A stretch of 64,000 nucleotides of DNA. It comes from a virus. Its lineage: Duplodnaviria; Heunggongvirae; Uroviricota; Caudoviricetes. The translations under genes and the position numbers were made by a program. This document shows positions 56,827 to 64,000 of the stretch, piece by piece. The number at the start of each line of letters is the position of its first letter. Within the stretch, counting starts at the first letter, position 1. Location: the IMG/VR virus record IMGVR_UViG_3300045996_000470, positions 34,667-98,666 of that record; one strand, given 5' to 3'. A model generated the notes under the pieces. It saw only the letters and a program-made list of their open reading frames with translations, searched no databases and was not told where the DNA came from.

Positions 56827-57118
56827 GTTTTTGTATCTCCTCCACTTGTTCTTTTGTTTTAAGTTCCTGTAGAGCTAGTATCTTGTCAAGTTTTCGTATC
56901 TCTGCTTCCTGTTCCTCAAGCTTCCTAGCTCTTTCTAAAGCTATTTTATACTCATAAGTATGTGTATAAGCATTCTGTTCGTGCAAACGCTTACCATCCT
57001 CTCTAAATGCTCCCCAAGCATCGTAGAAAGGGGCAGGAATTCCGTTCCCAATAAGATAAGCAAGAGTTATTGCTAACCCAACTATAACTAATCTTTTTCT
57101 GGTAAAGTATTCTCTCAT
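56798..57118 (-). CDS. membrane-anchored coiled-coil protein
   Basis: 106 aa; N-terminal transmembrane helix then EEQEAEIRKLDKILALQELKTKEQVEEIQKLEK. Confidence 0.3.
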   Translation of the reverse strand: MREYFTRKRLVIVGLAITLAYLIGNGIPAPFYDAWGAFREDGKRLHEQNAYTHTYEYKIALERARKLEEQEAEIRKLDKILALQELKTKEQVEEIQKLEKTNNRSR

Positions 57119-57558
57119 ATTTGTGGTTGCGTATAAATCTGTAATTCGTAATCCTGTTGAATCTCTGATACATCATCGAAAAACAAATTATACATGCTGC
57201 CCGGAGGAGTCCAAGATGTGTACGTTCCTACAGGAAGTATACCACCTTTTCTTTCAGGGTCTAGGTGTGGAACAACGAAATGGTATGAACAAGTGTTCGA
57301 AGTAAATTCGTAATCCCCCTGTGCATTTACAGTCTGTGTTGTTCTAGTCATTAGATTAAACTTAATGCTAAATTGTTGGTGCGTTATCTGCACCATATGC
57401 TTATTTATATATTTCTGGCTTTCTTTATCAGCACCCCGTATTTGTCCGTAAAATCTCACCGGCTGTGTTACACAACAAATAGGACATTGGGTATCTTGAG
57501 CAAACGATGCCAAAGTACCCGCTAATATCAGACTAATTGCTAAGATTATTTTTTTCAT
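57115..57558 (-). CDS. secreted protein (signal peptide)
   Basis: 147 aa; MKKIILAISLILAGTLASFAQ. Confidence 0.35.
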   Translation of the reverse strand: MKKIILAISLILAGTLASFAQDTQCPICCVTQPVRFYGQIRGADKESQKYINKHMVQITHQQFSIKFNLMTRTTQTVNAQGDYEFTSNTCSYHFVVPHLDPERKGGILPVGTYTSWTPPGSMYNLFFDDVSEIQQDYELQIYTQPQI

Positions 57559-58115
57559 ATTCTTTTCTTGTGATGGTCAACGACCAAATATTCCTTTTGG
57601 CTTAGAAGTTCTTTAATCCCCTCAAACGAAACAGGGGTATAGTCAAAGTTGTCTACTCCCACATCAATCCTTGTCGTATCCTTGTTAAGATGGTTCACGC
57701 TTCCGTGACAATGCCCGTGAATCATCCAACTTCCCTTGTGCGCTCCGTGCCAAGAGAGAATAGGATAGTGAGCAAGTATTAGGTATTGTCTGTCTATTTT
57801 AATTCTCTTATAGTCTTGGACTGACTCAAAATATTTATAGAGGTATCCGCCTTCTGTATCAAAAACTTCGTCGTGATTTCCTTTAATAAAATGTTTATGT
57901 CCGTTCAGGCGCTTGAGAATATCTTGAGTCGCTACAAAATTCCCAAAAGAAAAATCTCCAAGATGCCAAACTATGTCTTTATCCGTTACAACAGAGTTCC
58001 ACCTTTCCACCATAGCTTCATTCATTTCTTCGACATCCGTAAACGGTCGTCCTGAATAAGAAATTATATTCTTATGGAAATAGTGTGTATCTGATGTAAA
58101 AAACGTTGTACTCAT
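57555..58115 (-). CDS. metallophosphoesterase (calcineurin-like)
   Basis: 186 aa; FTSDTHYFH, HLGDFSF, GNHDE, AHYP..., GHCH metal-ligand motifs. Confidence 0.6.
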   Translation of the reverse strand: MSTTFFTSDTHYFHKNIISYSGRPFTDVEEMNEAMVERWNSVVTDKDIVWHLGDFSFGNFVATQDILKRLNGHKHFIKGNHDEVFDTEGGYLYKYFESVQDYKRIKIDRQYLILAHYPILSWHGAHKGSWMIHGHCHGSVNHLNKDTTRIDVGVDNFDYTPVSFEGIKELLSQKEYLVVDHHKKRI

Positions 58116-58270
58116 TCTGTTATAACTTTAAAAGTAACATTGTTGTAACCCGCGTCGGTATACATAACTGCATCTTCTCCAAATAGTTTTATAAGAGAGT
58201 CGATTGTATTTTTCCATTCCTCTAGGGTTAACCTAGCATCATCTAATTCTTCAATGCCTACTTCACTCAT
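58114..58270 (-). CDS. unannotated mini-ORF (52 aa)
   Basis: MSEVGIEELDDARLTLEEWKNTIDSLIKLFGEDAVMYTDAGYNNVTFKVITE; its TGA overlaps the ATG of the metallophosphoesterase. Confidence 0.25.
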
Positions 58271-58579
58271 TTATTTCTTAAACCCTTCAAACCATCCTAA
58301 TTTTTCAGCGTGTTCGAAAACCTCTAAAGCATCTTCTAGTTCACTAACTAGTAATTCGCCTTCTGTTAGAACTAGTTTGTCTTGGGCAGTCATTTGCCTG
58401 TTTGCGTATCTCTGTAGAGCAGGATAAAGACTATTGATTAGCCAATCCTCTCCATCCCAAAGAATTTCTCGTTTATCTACGGCTAACCAGAGCGCGTAGA
58501 ATGAGCCATCTTCTCTAAGATTACCTTCCAACTTTACACTGTCGCTATCGCTGGTTATTGTTCTTGATTCAAAACTCAT
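58271..58579 (-). CDS. hypothetical protein
   Basis: 102 aa. Confidence 0.3.
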   Translation of the reverse strand: MSFESRTITSDSDSVKLEGNLREDGSFYALWLAVDKREILWDGEDWLINSLYPALQRYANRQMTAQDKLVLTEGELLVSELEDALEVFEHAEKLGWFEGFKK

Positions 58580-58929
58580 TTTATAATTTTGAAATTCTCT
58601 ACGCCAATTTCCTTAAGAGCATCCTCACAAGGTTGGCAGAAAAATTCATGCCCTTTCAATACTGCTGTATGCGCTTTGTAACGCTCCGGTAAATTCTTTA
58701 TTGCGTGTACCTCGGCATGTGTCCACCCACACTCGGAAGTTGTATCGTAATTCTCTTTGTTCTGCACCACTCCAAGCCTAGCACAGATTCCACCTTCCGG
58801 TTCACAGGTATTAGCCCCGCTTGAAACTACCTTTCCCTCTTTACTAATAAGGACACAAACTACCGGACGCTTCTGACAAGTGCTTTCTCTGGCGACTGCC
58901 TCAATTAGCTCTTTTAAATTCAAACTCAT
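58576..58929 (-). CDS. CMP/dCMP-deaminase-family zinc-dependent deaminase
   Basis: 117 aa; HAEVHAI and CQPCEDAL (H-x-E ... P-C-x-x-C zinc ligands). Confidence 0.6.
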   Translation of the reverse strand: MSLNLKELIEAVARESTCQKRPVVCVLISKEGKVVSSGANTCEPEGGICARLGVVQNKENYDTTSECGWTHAEVHAIKNLPERYKAHTAVLKGHEFFCQPCEDALKEIGVENFKIIK

Positions 58930-58939
58930 TACGTGTATC

Positions 58940-59194
58940 TTACACTATAGGTTGGTCTTTGTCAATAACCTTCGCTAAACCCACTGCAATAAGCCAAGTT
59001 AGGGCTTCAATGGCTTCGTGTTCCATTTTCTTATCCCACTCGTTCTGCCCAAACTCCTCCTCTTGATTTTTCCAAATTTTAAGGTACTGTTTCAGAGTTG
59101 TCCCTTCATTAGGGTCTAGCCCGTGAATATACCCTACATAATTATGGCGGGGGATTTCGTTTTTAGGTTCTTTTACTCTTAAATACTTAATCAT
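58940..59194 (-). CDS. hypothetical protein
   Basis: 84 aa. Confidence 0.3.
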   Translation of the reverse strand: MIKYLRVKEPKNEIPRHNYVGYIHGLDPNEGTTLKQYLKIWKNQEEEFGQNEWDKKMEHEAIEALTWLIAVGLAKVIDKDQPIV

Positions 59195-59459
59195 TATTTC
59201 CTTCTACTGCAAACCACTGCTCTATTTTATAAAGTCCGTCAGGAAACCAAGTGCCTCCGTATTCGTCCCATACAGAAACCTTTTCTAGAAACTTTAAAGC
59301 CTCTTCGTAACTTCTAAATATATCGGCATCTTCCTGATTAGCAGAGAATACAGGTCTCCAGTCTGCTCCGGCATAATATTTTCCTGTAGATTTTTTGATT
59401 ACAAATATTTCTTTCATTATTTTCCTACATAGTCCAGTATAATTCCACATTCCAAACAA
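59187..59459 (-). CDS. hypothetical protein
   Basis: 90 aa. Confidence 0.3.
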   Translation of the reverse strand: MFGMWNYTGLCRKIMKEIFVIKKSTGKYYAGADWRPVFSANQEDADIFRSYEEALKFLEKVSVWDEYGGTWFPDGLYKIEQWFAVEGNND

Positions 59460-59674
59460 ATAGTCATGTGAAATGTTTCTCCATCTGTACCATACGAAGT
59501 GTGTTTATGTTTACAGGGAGTTACTTTATGCGGATATTCTTTTAACATAGTGTGTTTGTATCCACAGCTTATCAAGTTACATTTACTCTTCTTAGAAGTG
59601 CCTATAGAAATCATTTTCCCTTTTCCGCACTTGTCGCAAATGTAATTTACTTCTCCGTCTTTATACTGTTCCAT
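59417..59674 (-). CDS. zinc-ribbon protein
   Basis: 85 aa; CDKCGKG...C...C and CLECG. Confidence 0.3.
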   Translation of the reverse strand: MEQYKDGEVNYICDKCGKGKMISIGTSKKSKCNLISCGYKHTMLKEYPHKVTPCKHKHTSYGTDGETFHMTICLECGIILDYVGK

Positions 59675-59865
59675 TATTTGTATTGGAGTCCTATTTTCAG
59701 AGTCTCTTCAAATCTCTTAACAATTTCCTCGACAATAATTTCTCCGTCACTGATAGCTCTGTATAGTTCCTCTCTAGATAAGTCCTCGTCGTCTTTTCTA
59801 TCGTAGTAAAGAAATTTACTGACTAAATCGTCTATTGTTCCAAGAATTTGTACCTTTCTACTCAT
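59674..59865 (-). CDS. hypothetical protein
   Basis: 63 aa. Confidence 0.3.
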   Translation of the reverse strand: MSRKVQILGTIDDLVSKFLYYDRKDDEDLSREELYRAISDGEIIVEEIVKRFEETLKIGLQYK

Positions 59866-59871
59866 TCTTTA

Positions 59872-59900
59872 ATCCTACACTAGTTTTATACAAAAGTCAA
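59872..59900 (-). promoter_or_regulatory. leaderless sigma70-type promoter (copy 10, weak -10)
   Basis: - strand TTGACT, 17 nt, TAGGAT, 6 nt, ATG (59865). Confidence 0.35.
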
Positions 59901-59904
59901 GGAA

Positions 59905-60354
59905 CTACCTAGTAAGACGTATCATAGGACGCTTTCTTGGGTTTACGGCTACATCTGCTCTGTCCTTTAACACGTTTGTAAATTCTTCCGGAGTTAGAAT
60001 AGTACTATGCTCGACTTCGTACATTCTCACTTTCAGTGGGATTTCTGGACTGTAATGTCCTTTGCTTGTAGTTACTGTCACAGGAAAGAACCAGATTTCT
60101 TGGTCGTTTTTTCCTATAACTCCTAGCTGCCCACGCATCTTCACCAGTGTTCCAGTTTCTACTTTTCTGGCAAACTCTGCGTAAAGCCTGTTTTCTTCTT
60201 TTTGCAATTCCTGCTTTAGTTCTTTAATTTTCGTCGTGTCCATTTTTACATCCTTGTTGTAGTTTTGTGCCAACGCCTGTGCCATATTTGCTCCACATTG
60301 TATGCAAGCCATTCCGTCTTTTGTAGTTTGAAATTGATGATTAACGCAGTCCAT
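59905..60354 (-). CDS. hypothetical protein
   Basis: 149 aa; N-terminal CxxC. Confidence 0.3.
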   Translation of the reverse strand: MDCVNHQFQTTKDGMACIQCGANMAQALAQNYNKDVKMDTTKIKELKQELQKEENRLYAEFARKVETGTLVKMRGQLGVIGKNDQEIWFFPVTVTTSKGHYSPEIPLKVRMYEVEHSTILTPEEFTNVLKDRADVAVNPRKRPMIRLTR

Positions 60355-60655
60355 TTTCTATCTCCTGTTTATTGGCTCTATACTGGTCACTAAGCCTTTT
60401 AATTAAATCAAATTCATCTGGCTCTGGCTCTGTGTAGATAGTTTCTCCACACCACGAACACCAAGTCACCCCATCAGTAATGTTAGTCTCTCCGTGTTCG
60501 CAGGTATCGTACTCTTTCGTAGGCTTTGGTCTTAAATCCATCATTTGAGATATAACTCCTATATCTGTTTCATAGTGTGCCACTGCAAGGAAGGCAGCCG
60601 TAGCCGTTAGGTTTTCGTCCTTCTTGCTCGGTTTTGGAAAAGGTCTCATTACCAT
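60341..60655 (-). CDS. hypothetical protein
   Basis: 104 aa. Confidence 0.3.
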   Translation of the reverse strand: MVMRPFPKPSKKDENLTATAAFLAVAHYETDIGVISQMMDLRPKPTKEYDTCEHGETNITDGVTWCSWCGETIYTEPEPDEFDLIKRLSDQYRANKQEIENGLR

Positions 60656-60882
60656 TATACTTCGAAACTGAAAGGCTCTACCTGCTCTCCAAAATACAGC
60701 TTTTTCATAAATTTTTCCGCAGACACAGGAAGTCGCTTAGTAACGTATTGCCCGTCTCTGAAATATACCAAGAATCTCTTATCTGCTACAGAATCCCAGC
60801 CGTATTGTCGCTTTACAGCGTTCTCAATAGGCTTACTTCCGCTGTCAATATCTTCTTGTTCGACGTTAATTAATATACTCAA
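60655..60882 (-). CDS. hypothetical protein
   Basis: 75 aa. Confidence 0.3.
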   Translation of the reverse strand: MSILINVEQEDIDSGSKPIENAVKRQYGWDSVADKRFLVYFRDGQYVTKRLPVSAEKFMKKLYFGEQVEPFSFEV

Positions 60883-61102
60883 TTGGCTCTCCTTGTCTTT
60901 CTAGTTCTTCTATTCTATTTTCTACATCAGTTAAATCCAAACTAAGTTGGTTAACGGATTGGATTAATAGGTTTATTTTTTTAGTAATCTGTGTTTGTTT
61001 GTCTCCAAGTCTTTGTAATTCCACAACTACTTTTTTGAAATCTTCTCTTTCCATTAATATTGCTCCAATACAGGCATAAACCGTGTATATTGCTTCAACC
61101 AC
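60866..61102 (-). CDS. coiled-coil protein (its start is probably the internal ATG at 61054, coupled TAATG to the primase-helicase stop)
   Basis: 78 aa as drawn; the internal Met gives 62 aa with no overlap. Confidence 0.3.
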   Translation of the reverse strand: MVEAIYTVYACIGAILMEREDFKKVVVELQRLGDKQTQITKKINLLIQSVNQLSLDLTDVENRIEELERQGEPIEYIN

Positions 61103-63189
61103 GCTAAATGTACGGCTCCTGTAGGTCCATTTCTCTGTTTCGCCACATCTACTTTCGCCAGTCCTTTCAAATCGGTATCATCGGGACTGTAATACTCCGG
61201 ACGAAACATAAATGCTACTACGTCTGCATCCTGCTCAATGCCGCCCGACTCTCTAAGGTCACTTAGCTTAGGCTCAGGGTTAGGACGACCCTCAGGCGCT
61301 CGTGAAAGCTGCGATAGAGCTATAAGAGGAACTCTAAACTCTTTTGCCAAACCCTTAAGGTCGGCAGAAATTTCTGAAACTTCCTGTACCTTGTTGTAAT
61401 GATTCTTACCGCTACTTCCCTTCATTAACTGTATATAATCGACTACGACCATGTCCAGCCCCCCCTCTTGCTCAAGCCTTAATAGCTTGCTGCGCATTTC
61501 AGCCACGCCAATCCTAGGGGTATCGTCAATGTAAAGCCCCGCTTCGTCCAATACCGGAAGTATCTTAGCAATTCTTGCCCAATCAGCTTCCTGCATTCCC
61601 CCGTTTTTAAAGTCAAACGAGTTGACGTAAGCCTCAGAACACATCACTTTAGAGATAAGTTGCTCTTCGCTCATTTCCAAAGAGAATACAGCTACGTTTT
61701 TTCCGCCTCTGATGGCAGCGTGAGCAGCCATATTCATCGCAAAACTAGTCTTACCCATTGACGGACGCCCCGCAATAATAATCAAGTCGGTATTCTGCCA
61801 TCCAGAGGTCATATAATCTAAATCCGGAAATCCGGTAGAGATTCCTGTTATGCCCTTTCCTACAGCTTCCCTAGCATTAACTATGACATTCTCTAAGCCA
61901 CTTCCAAGTCTTGAAAGTCCCTTTTTCTTATCGTCAATTTTAACACTGTACACCTTATCAATAAAGGTGTCTGTAAGCATTTTGACCGGCTGTGCTTCGT
62001 GTTCTGCCAAGCTCGATAAGTTCTTACCGAGAGTAACCAATTCTCGGTACTGAGATTTAGCAATAACAATTTTAATCCACGAATCAATATCAAAAACTTC
62101 CGGAAGTCCCTCTTCCAACTGTTCAATAGTTTCGACGCCGCCCAGATTGATTAAGGATTTTTTATCAAATTTGTCAGCAAGGGTGATAACATTAACATCT
62201 TGCTTGTCATTATAACATTCTATTACCGCATCTAAAATTGCTTTAGTTTTCTTATCAAAAAAATGTTTCTGAAGTTCGTTCTCAATAACTCTACCCACAA
62301 GAATAGGATTTTTGAGAATCGCTCCTAAAATTGCCTTCTCTGCCTCTACGTTGTGAGACTGAGATGGGTCTATTGCTAAATCCTCTTCGGTGTACCGTAA
62401 CGGCTCTACTTCTCGACACAGATAGAGCAAATCATCCAGAGTGTTCCCCTCTTCCAGATAATTACTTACATCATACTTTGGTTCATCTGATGGAAGCTGA
62501 ACTATTTTAACCGAATTGGCTGACCGGTAAACTTCCTTAGAAACTAGCTCTGCGTGGTCGTATCCCGATACATCATTATCCGCAAGGATTATAACGTCCC
62601 TGTTTGCGAAATACTTATTAAAGTGTTTCTCCCATTTTGTCGCTCCACCTGAGTTTGTCGTGGCGATTGCCCCTGCCTCTGTCAGATTGTCGGCGTCTTT
62701 TTCTCCCTCGACAATAAACACCGGCTCAGCACTAGACTCTAGAACCTTAGGCAGGTTATAAATAGTTCTAGTTACGCCCTGCAAATCCCAGACCGCTTTT
62801 CCTCTATTGTCAAATCGTCTTTGTAGAAACTTCTTCGGTTCAAACCGGACAACTTGATAAAGTAACTTCCCTGCCTCGTCTGTGTAGTCGTAGGTCGCTA
62901 CAATCTTAGATTCGATTTTTTCTCTCTTCTCAGGAACATCTTTCCACATTCCTAGAGAACGTACGATACTTTCGAAATCGCACCCCGCGAAACACTTAAA
63001 GCCAACTGTATTTCCTGATTTAATAAAGGATAGAGAAGGTCTACCGTCGTTGTGAGCAGGACAGCGGGCAACCCACCACCCACCATTTCCCTTCTTGACT
63101 TTTGACAGGCTAGACTTTACTTCATCAAAGTCTAGTGCAAACCTGTCGTCCTTTTCAAATTTTTGCCCATCCTGTTCAAAAAACGCCAT
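61054..63189 (-). CDS. bifunctional DNA primase (DnaG-type zinc finger + TOPRIM) / DnaB-family replicative helicase
   Basis: 711 aa; zinc finger WWVARCPAHNDGRPSLSF...CFAGC; TOPRIM FIVEGEKDADNL...ILADNDVSG; DnaB N-terminal domain EKAILGAIL; Walker A AGRPSMGKTSFAMNMA; no intein insertion seen. Confidence 0.85.
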   Translation of the reverse strand: MAFFEQDGQKFEKDDRFALDFDEVKSSLSKVKKGNGGWWVARCPAHNDGRPSLSFIKSGNTVGFKCFAGCDFESIVRSLGMWKDVPEKREKIESKIVATYDYTDEAGKLLYQVVRFEPKKFLQRRFDNRGKAVWDLQGVTRTIYNLPKVLESSAEPVFIVEGEKDADNLTEAGAIATTNSGGATKWEKHFNKYFANRDVIILADNDVSGYDHAELVSKEVYRSANSVKIVQLPSDEPKYDVSNYLEEGNTLDDLLYLCREVEPLRYTEEDLAIDPSQSHNVEAEKAILGAILKNPILVGRVIENELQKHFFDKKTKAILDAVIECYNDKQDVNVITLADKFDKKSLINLGGVETIEQLEEGLPEVFDIDSWIKIVIAKSQYRELVTLGKNLSSLAEHEAQPVKMLTDTFIDKVYSVKIDDKKKGLSRLGSGLENVIVNAREAVGKGITGISTGFPDLDYMTSGWQNTDLIIIAGRPSMGKTSFAMNMAAHAAIRGGKNVAVFSLEMSEEQLISKVMCSEAYVNSFDFKNGGMQEADWARIAKILPVLDEAGLYIDDTPRIGVAEMRSKLLRLEQEGGLDMVVVDYIQLMKGSSGKNHYNKVQEVSEISADLKGLAKEFRVPLIALSQLSRAPEGRPNPEPKLSDLRESGGIEQDADVVAFMFRPEYYSPDDTDLKGLAKVDVAKQRNGPTGAVHLAWLKQYTRFMPVLEQY

Positions 63190-63194
63190 ACCCT

Positions 63195-63222
63195 ATCTTA
63201 TCCTATTTTCCAGAATTGTCAA
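63195..63222 (-). promoter_or_regulatory. leaderless sigma70-type promoter (copy 11)
   Basis: - strand TTGACA, 16 nt, TAAGAT, 5 nt, ATG (63189). Confidence 0.4.
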
Positions 63223-63646
63223 CCCCTAAATATTTCCTATACTCCTGTAGTTTATGCAATTTAGTAAAATCGACAACCGTTATAATATAACCTCCCCTCA
63301 CTACATCATTCTTTCCTAACATACTCAGCCCTTTCCTATACCGTTTCTTAGTAGAGGGGTCAAAAGCAACTTTAGTACCATCCATTACAATAGCGTGGGA
63401 TGCTTCTTTATAATTTTTACTTTTAACTGTGGCAACCCAATAACTATCTTGCCATATAGGTCCACTGGCAGAATGGTACTGCATTTCTAGCCCAAACTGC
63501 CCTAAGAAGTCTCTCCAAACAAACCACCACCTATCGGTATGGTCATTAGGCATAACTTCTATCGGCAGTTCCATAATAGAAGCCATGCAAGCCCCAAAAC
63601 AGTCTCCCATTTTATGGCTAACTACTCTTTGTCTCTGCTCTTTCAT
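63203..63646 (-). CDS. hypothetical protein with papain-like Cys/His motifs
   Basis: 147 aa; MGDCFGACMASIM (candidate nucleophile Cys in a Gly/Ala context) and a downstream ASHAIVMDG (candidate His). Confidence 0.25.
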   Translation of the reverse strand: MKEQRQRVVSHKMGDCFGACMASIMELPIEVMPNDHTDRWWFVWRDFLGQFGLEMQYHSASGPIWQDSYWVATVKSKNYKEASHAIVMDGTKVAFDPSTKKRYRKGLSMLGKNDVVRGGYIITVVDFTKLHKLQEYRKYLGVDNSGK

Positions 63647-63908
63647 TTATCTGTATCGAAGGCTCAAAGATGTTTGCCTTCGCCTGATTCTTGTCGTCCG
63701 GTAGGTACTGCAAATTATTAGCAACGTGCAGACCGGAAACTAATTCCCCGCCCAAAGGTATGACATGGTCAACTCGCATCCCTTTAGGACATTCGACATA
63801 AACCTTTATCAACTCACGCCTATCTACCCACTTAGGGACTGCGTTCTTTTTCTTTGCCCGTTTAAGAGCGAAACTGTATCTAGCTCCCGCTTTCATATTA
63901 ACTTGCAC
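63618..63908 (-). CDS. HNH endonuclease (paralog of 48194-48781)
   Basis: 96 aa; CPKGMRVDHVIPLGGELVSGLHVANNLQYLPDDKNQAKAN is nearly collinear with the 48194 HNH core. Confidence 0.65.
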   Translation of the reverse strand: MQVNMKAGARYSFALKRAKKKNAVPKWVDRRELIKVYVECPKGMRVDHVIPLGGELVSGLHVANNLQYLPDDKNQAKANIFEPSIQINERAETKSS

Positions 63909-64000
63909 GAAGGGGCATGGCCACGTAACGTGCTGTATTATCTAAAACTTCCACTGCTGAAAGTGCATTTTTCAATTTAAATGCAGGATTGTCGCAAACT

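Noticed and set aside
61054-63189. Intein inside the primase-helicase (checked because Hint domains occur elsewhere in this genome and DnaB-type helicases often host inteins)
   Set aside because: The Walker A, H4 and DnaB motifs are contiguous. The protein length (711 aa) fits primase plus helicase without an insertion. No C...HN-bounded insert is present.
28796-63908. Lysogeny module (integrase, CI/Cro-like repressors) or a classic toxin-antitoxin pair
   Set aside because: No tyrosine or serine recombinase motifs and no HTH repressor-like ORFs were recognised. The abundance of replication and nucleotide-metabolism genes and the lack of an integrase argue for a virulent lifestyle, or for a lysogeny module outside this window.

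Overview
This 64 kb window looks like part of a large tailed (siphovirus-like) bacteriophage genome, about 40% GC. No integrase, repressor, rRNA, tRNA gene or CRISPR array is visible.

Two convergent blocks meet at 28796-28799 with overlapping stop codons.

(1) Plus strand, 574-28799: a classical morphogenesis module with canonical AGGAG ribosome-binding sites. It holds a portal candidate, an S49/ClpP-like prohead protease fused to a coiled-coil scaffold-like tail, capsid candidates and head-tail joining proteins. These are followed by a major tail protein candidate and a chaperone-like pair with a possible frameshift extension. An HNH endonuclease sits between that chaperone and a 2486-aa tape measure protein. 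The block ends with a distal tail protein, a 1994-aa fibre/host-recognition protein (discoidin-like and FN3-like regions) and a further tail protein.

(2) Minus strand, 28796-63908: about 75 tightly packed, often overlapping early/middle genes. Replication: DnaG-type primase fused to a DnaB-type helicase, an ATP-dependent DNA ligase, an SF2 DEAH helicase and two DEDDh exonucleases. Nucleotide metabolism: deoxyribosyltransferase-like, MazG-like, CMP/dCMP-deaminase-like, HhH-GPD glycosylase, thioredoxin. RNA/tRNA repair: a T4-like polynucleotide kinase-phosphatase; three RNA-ligase-family proteins (one fused to a tRNA-binding OB domain); a CCA-adding enzyme translationally coupled to a minimal nucleotidyltransferase; a PTH2-like peptidyl-tRNA hydrolase; and a metallophosphoesterase. 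Other content: three HNH endonucleases in total, a signal-peptide M15 peptidase (endolysin candidate) and a lipoprotein/SPFH cluster.

Eleven minus-strand transcription units carry a near-identical sigma70-type promoter (TTGACa/t, 16-17 nt, TAtcAT) placed 6-7 nt before the ATG, so the mRNAs should be leaderless.

The two observations most worth follow-up are Hint/bacterial-intein-like domains at the C-terminal ends of two adjacent tail proteins, and the dispersed tRNA-repair and toxin-countering gene set. All functional calls are read from motifs by eye. No database search was run.
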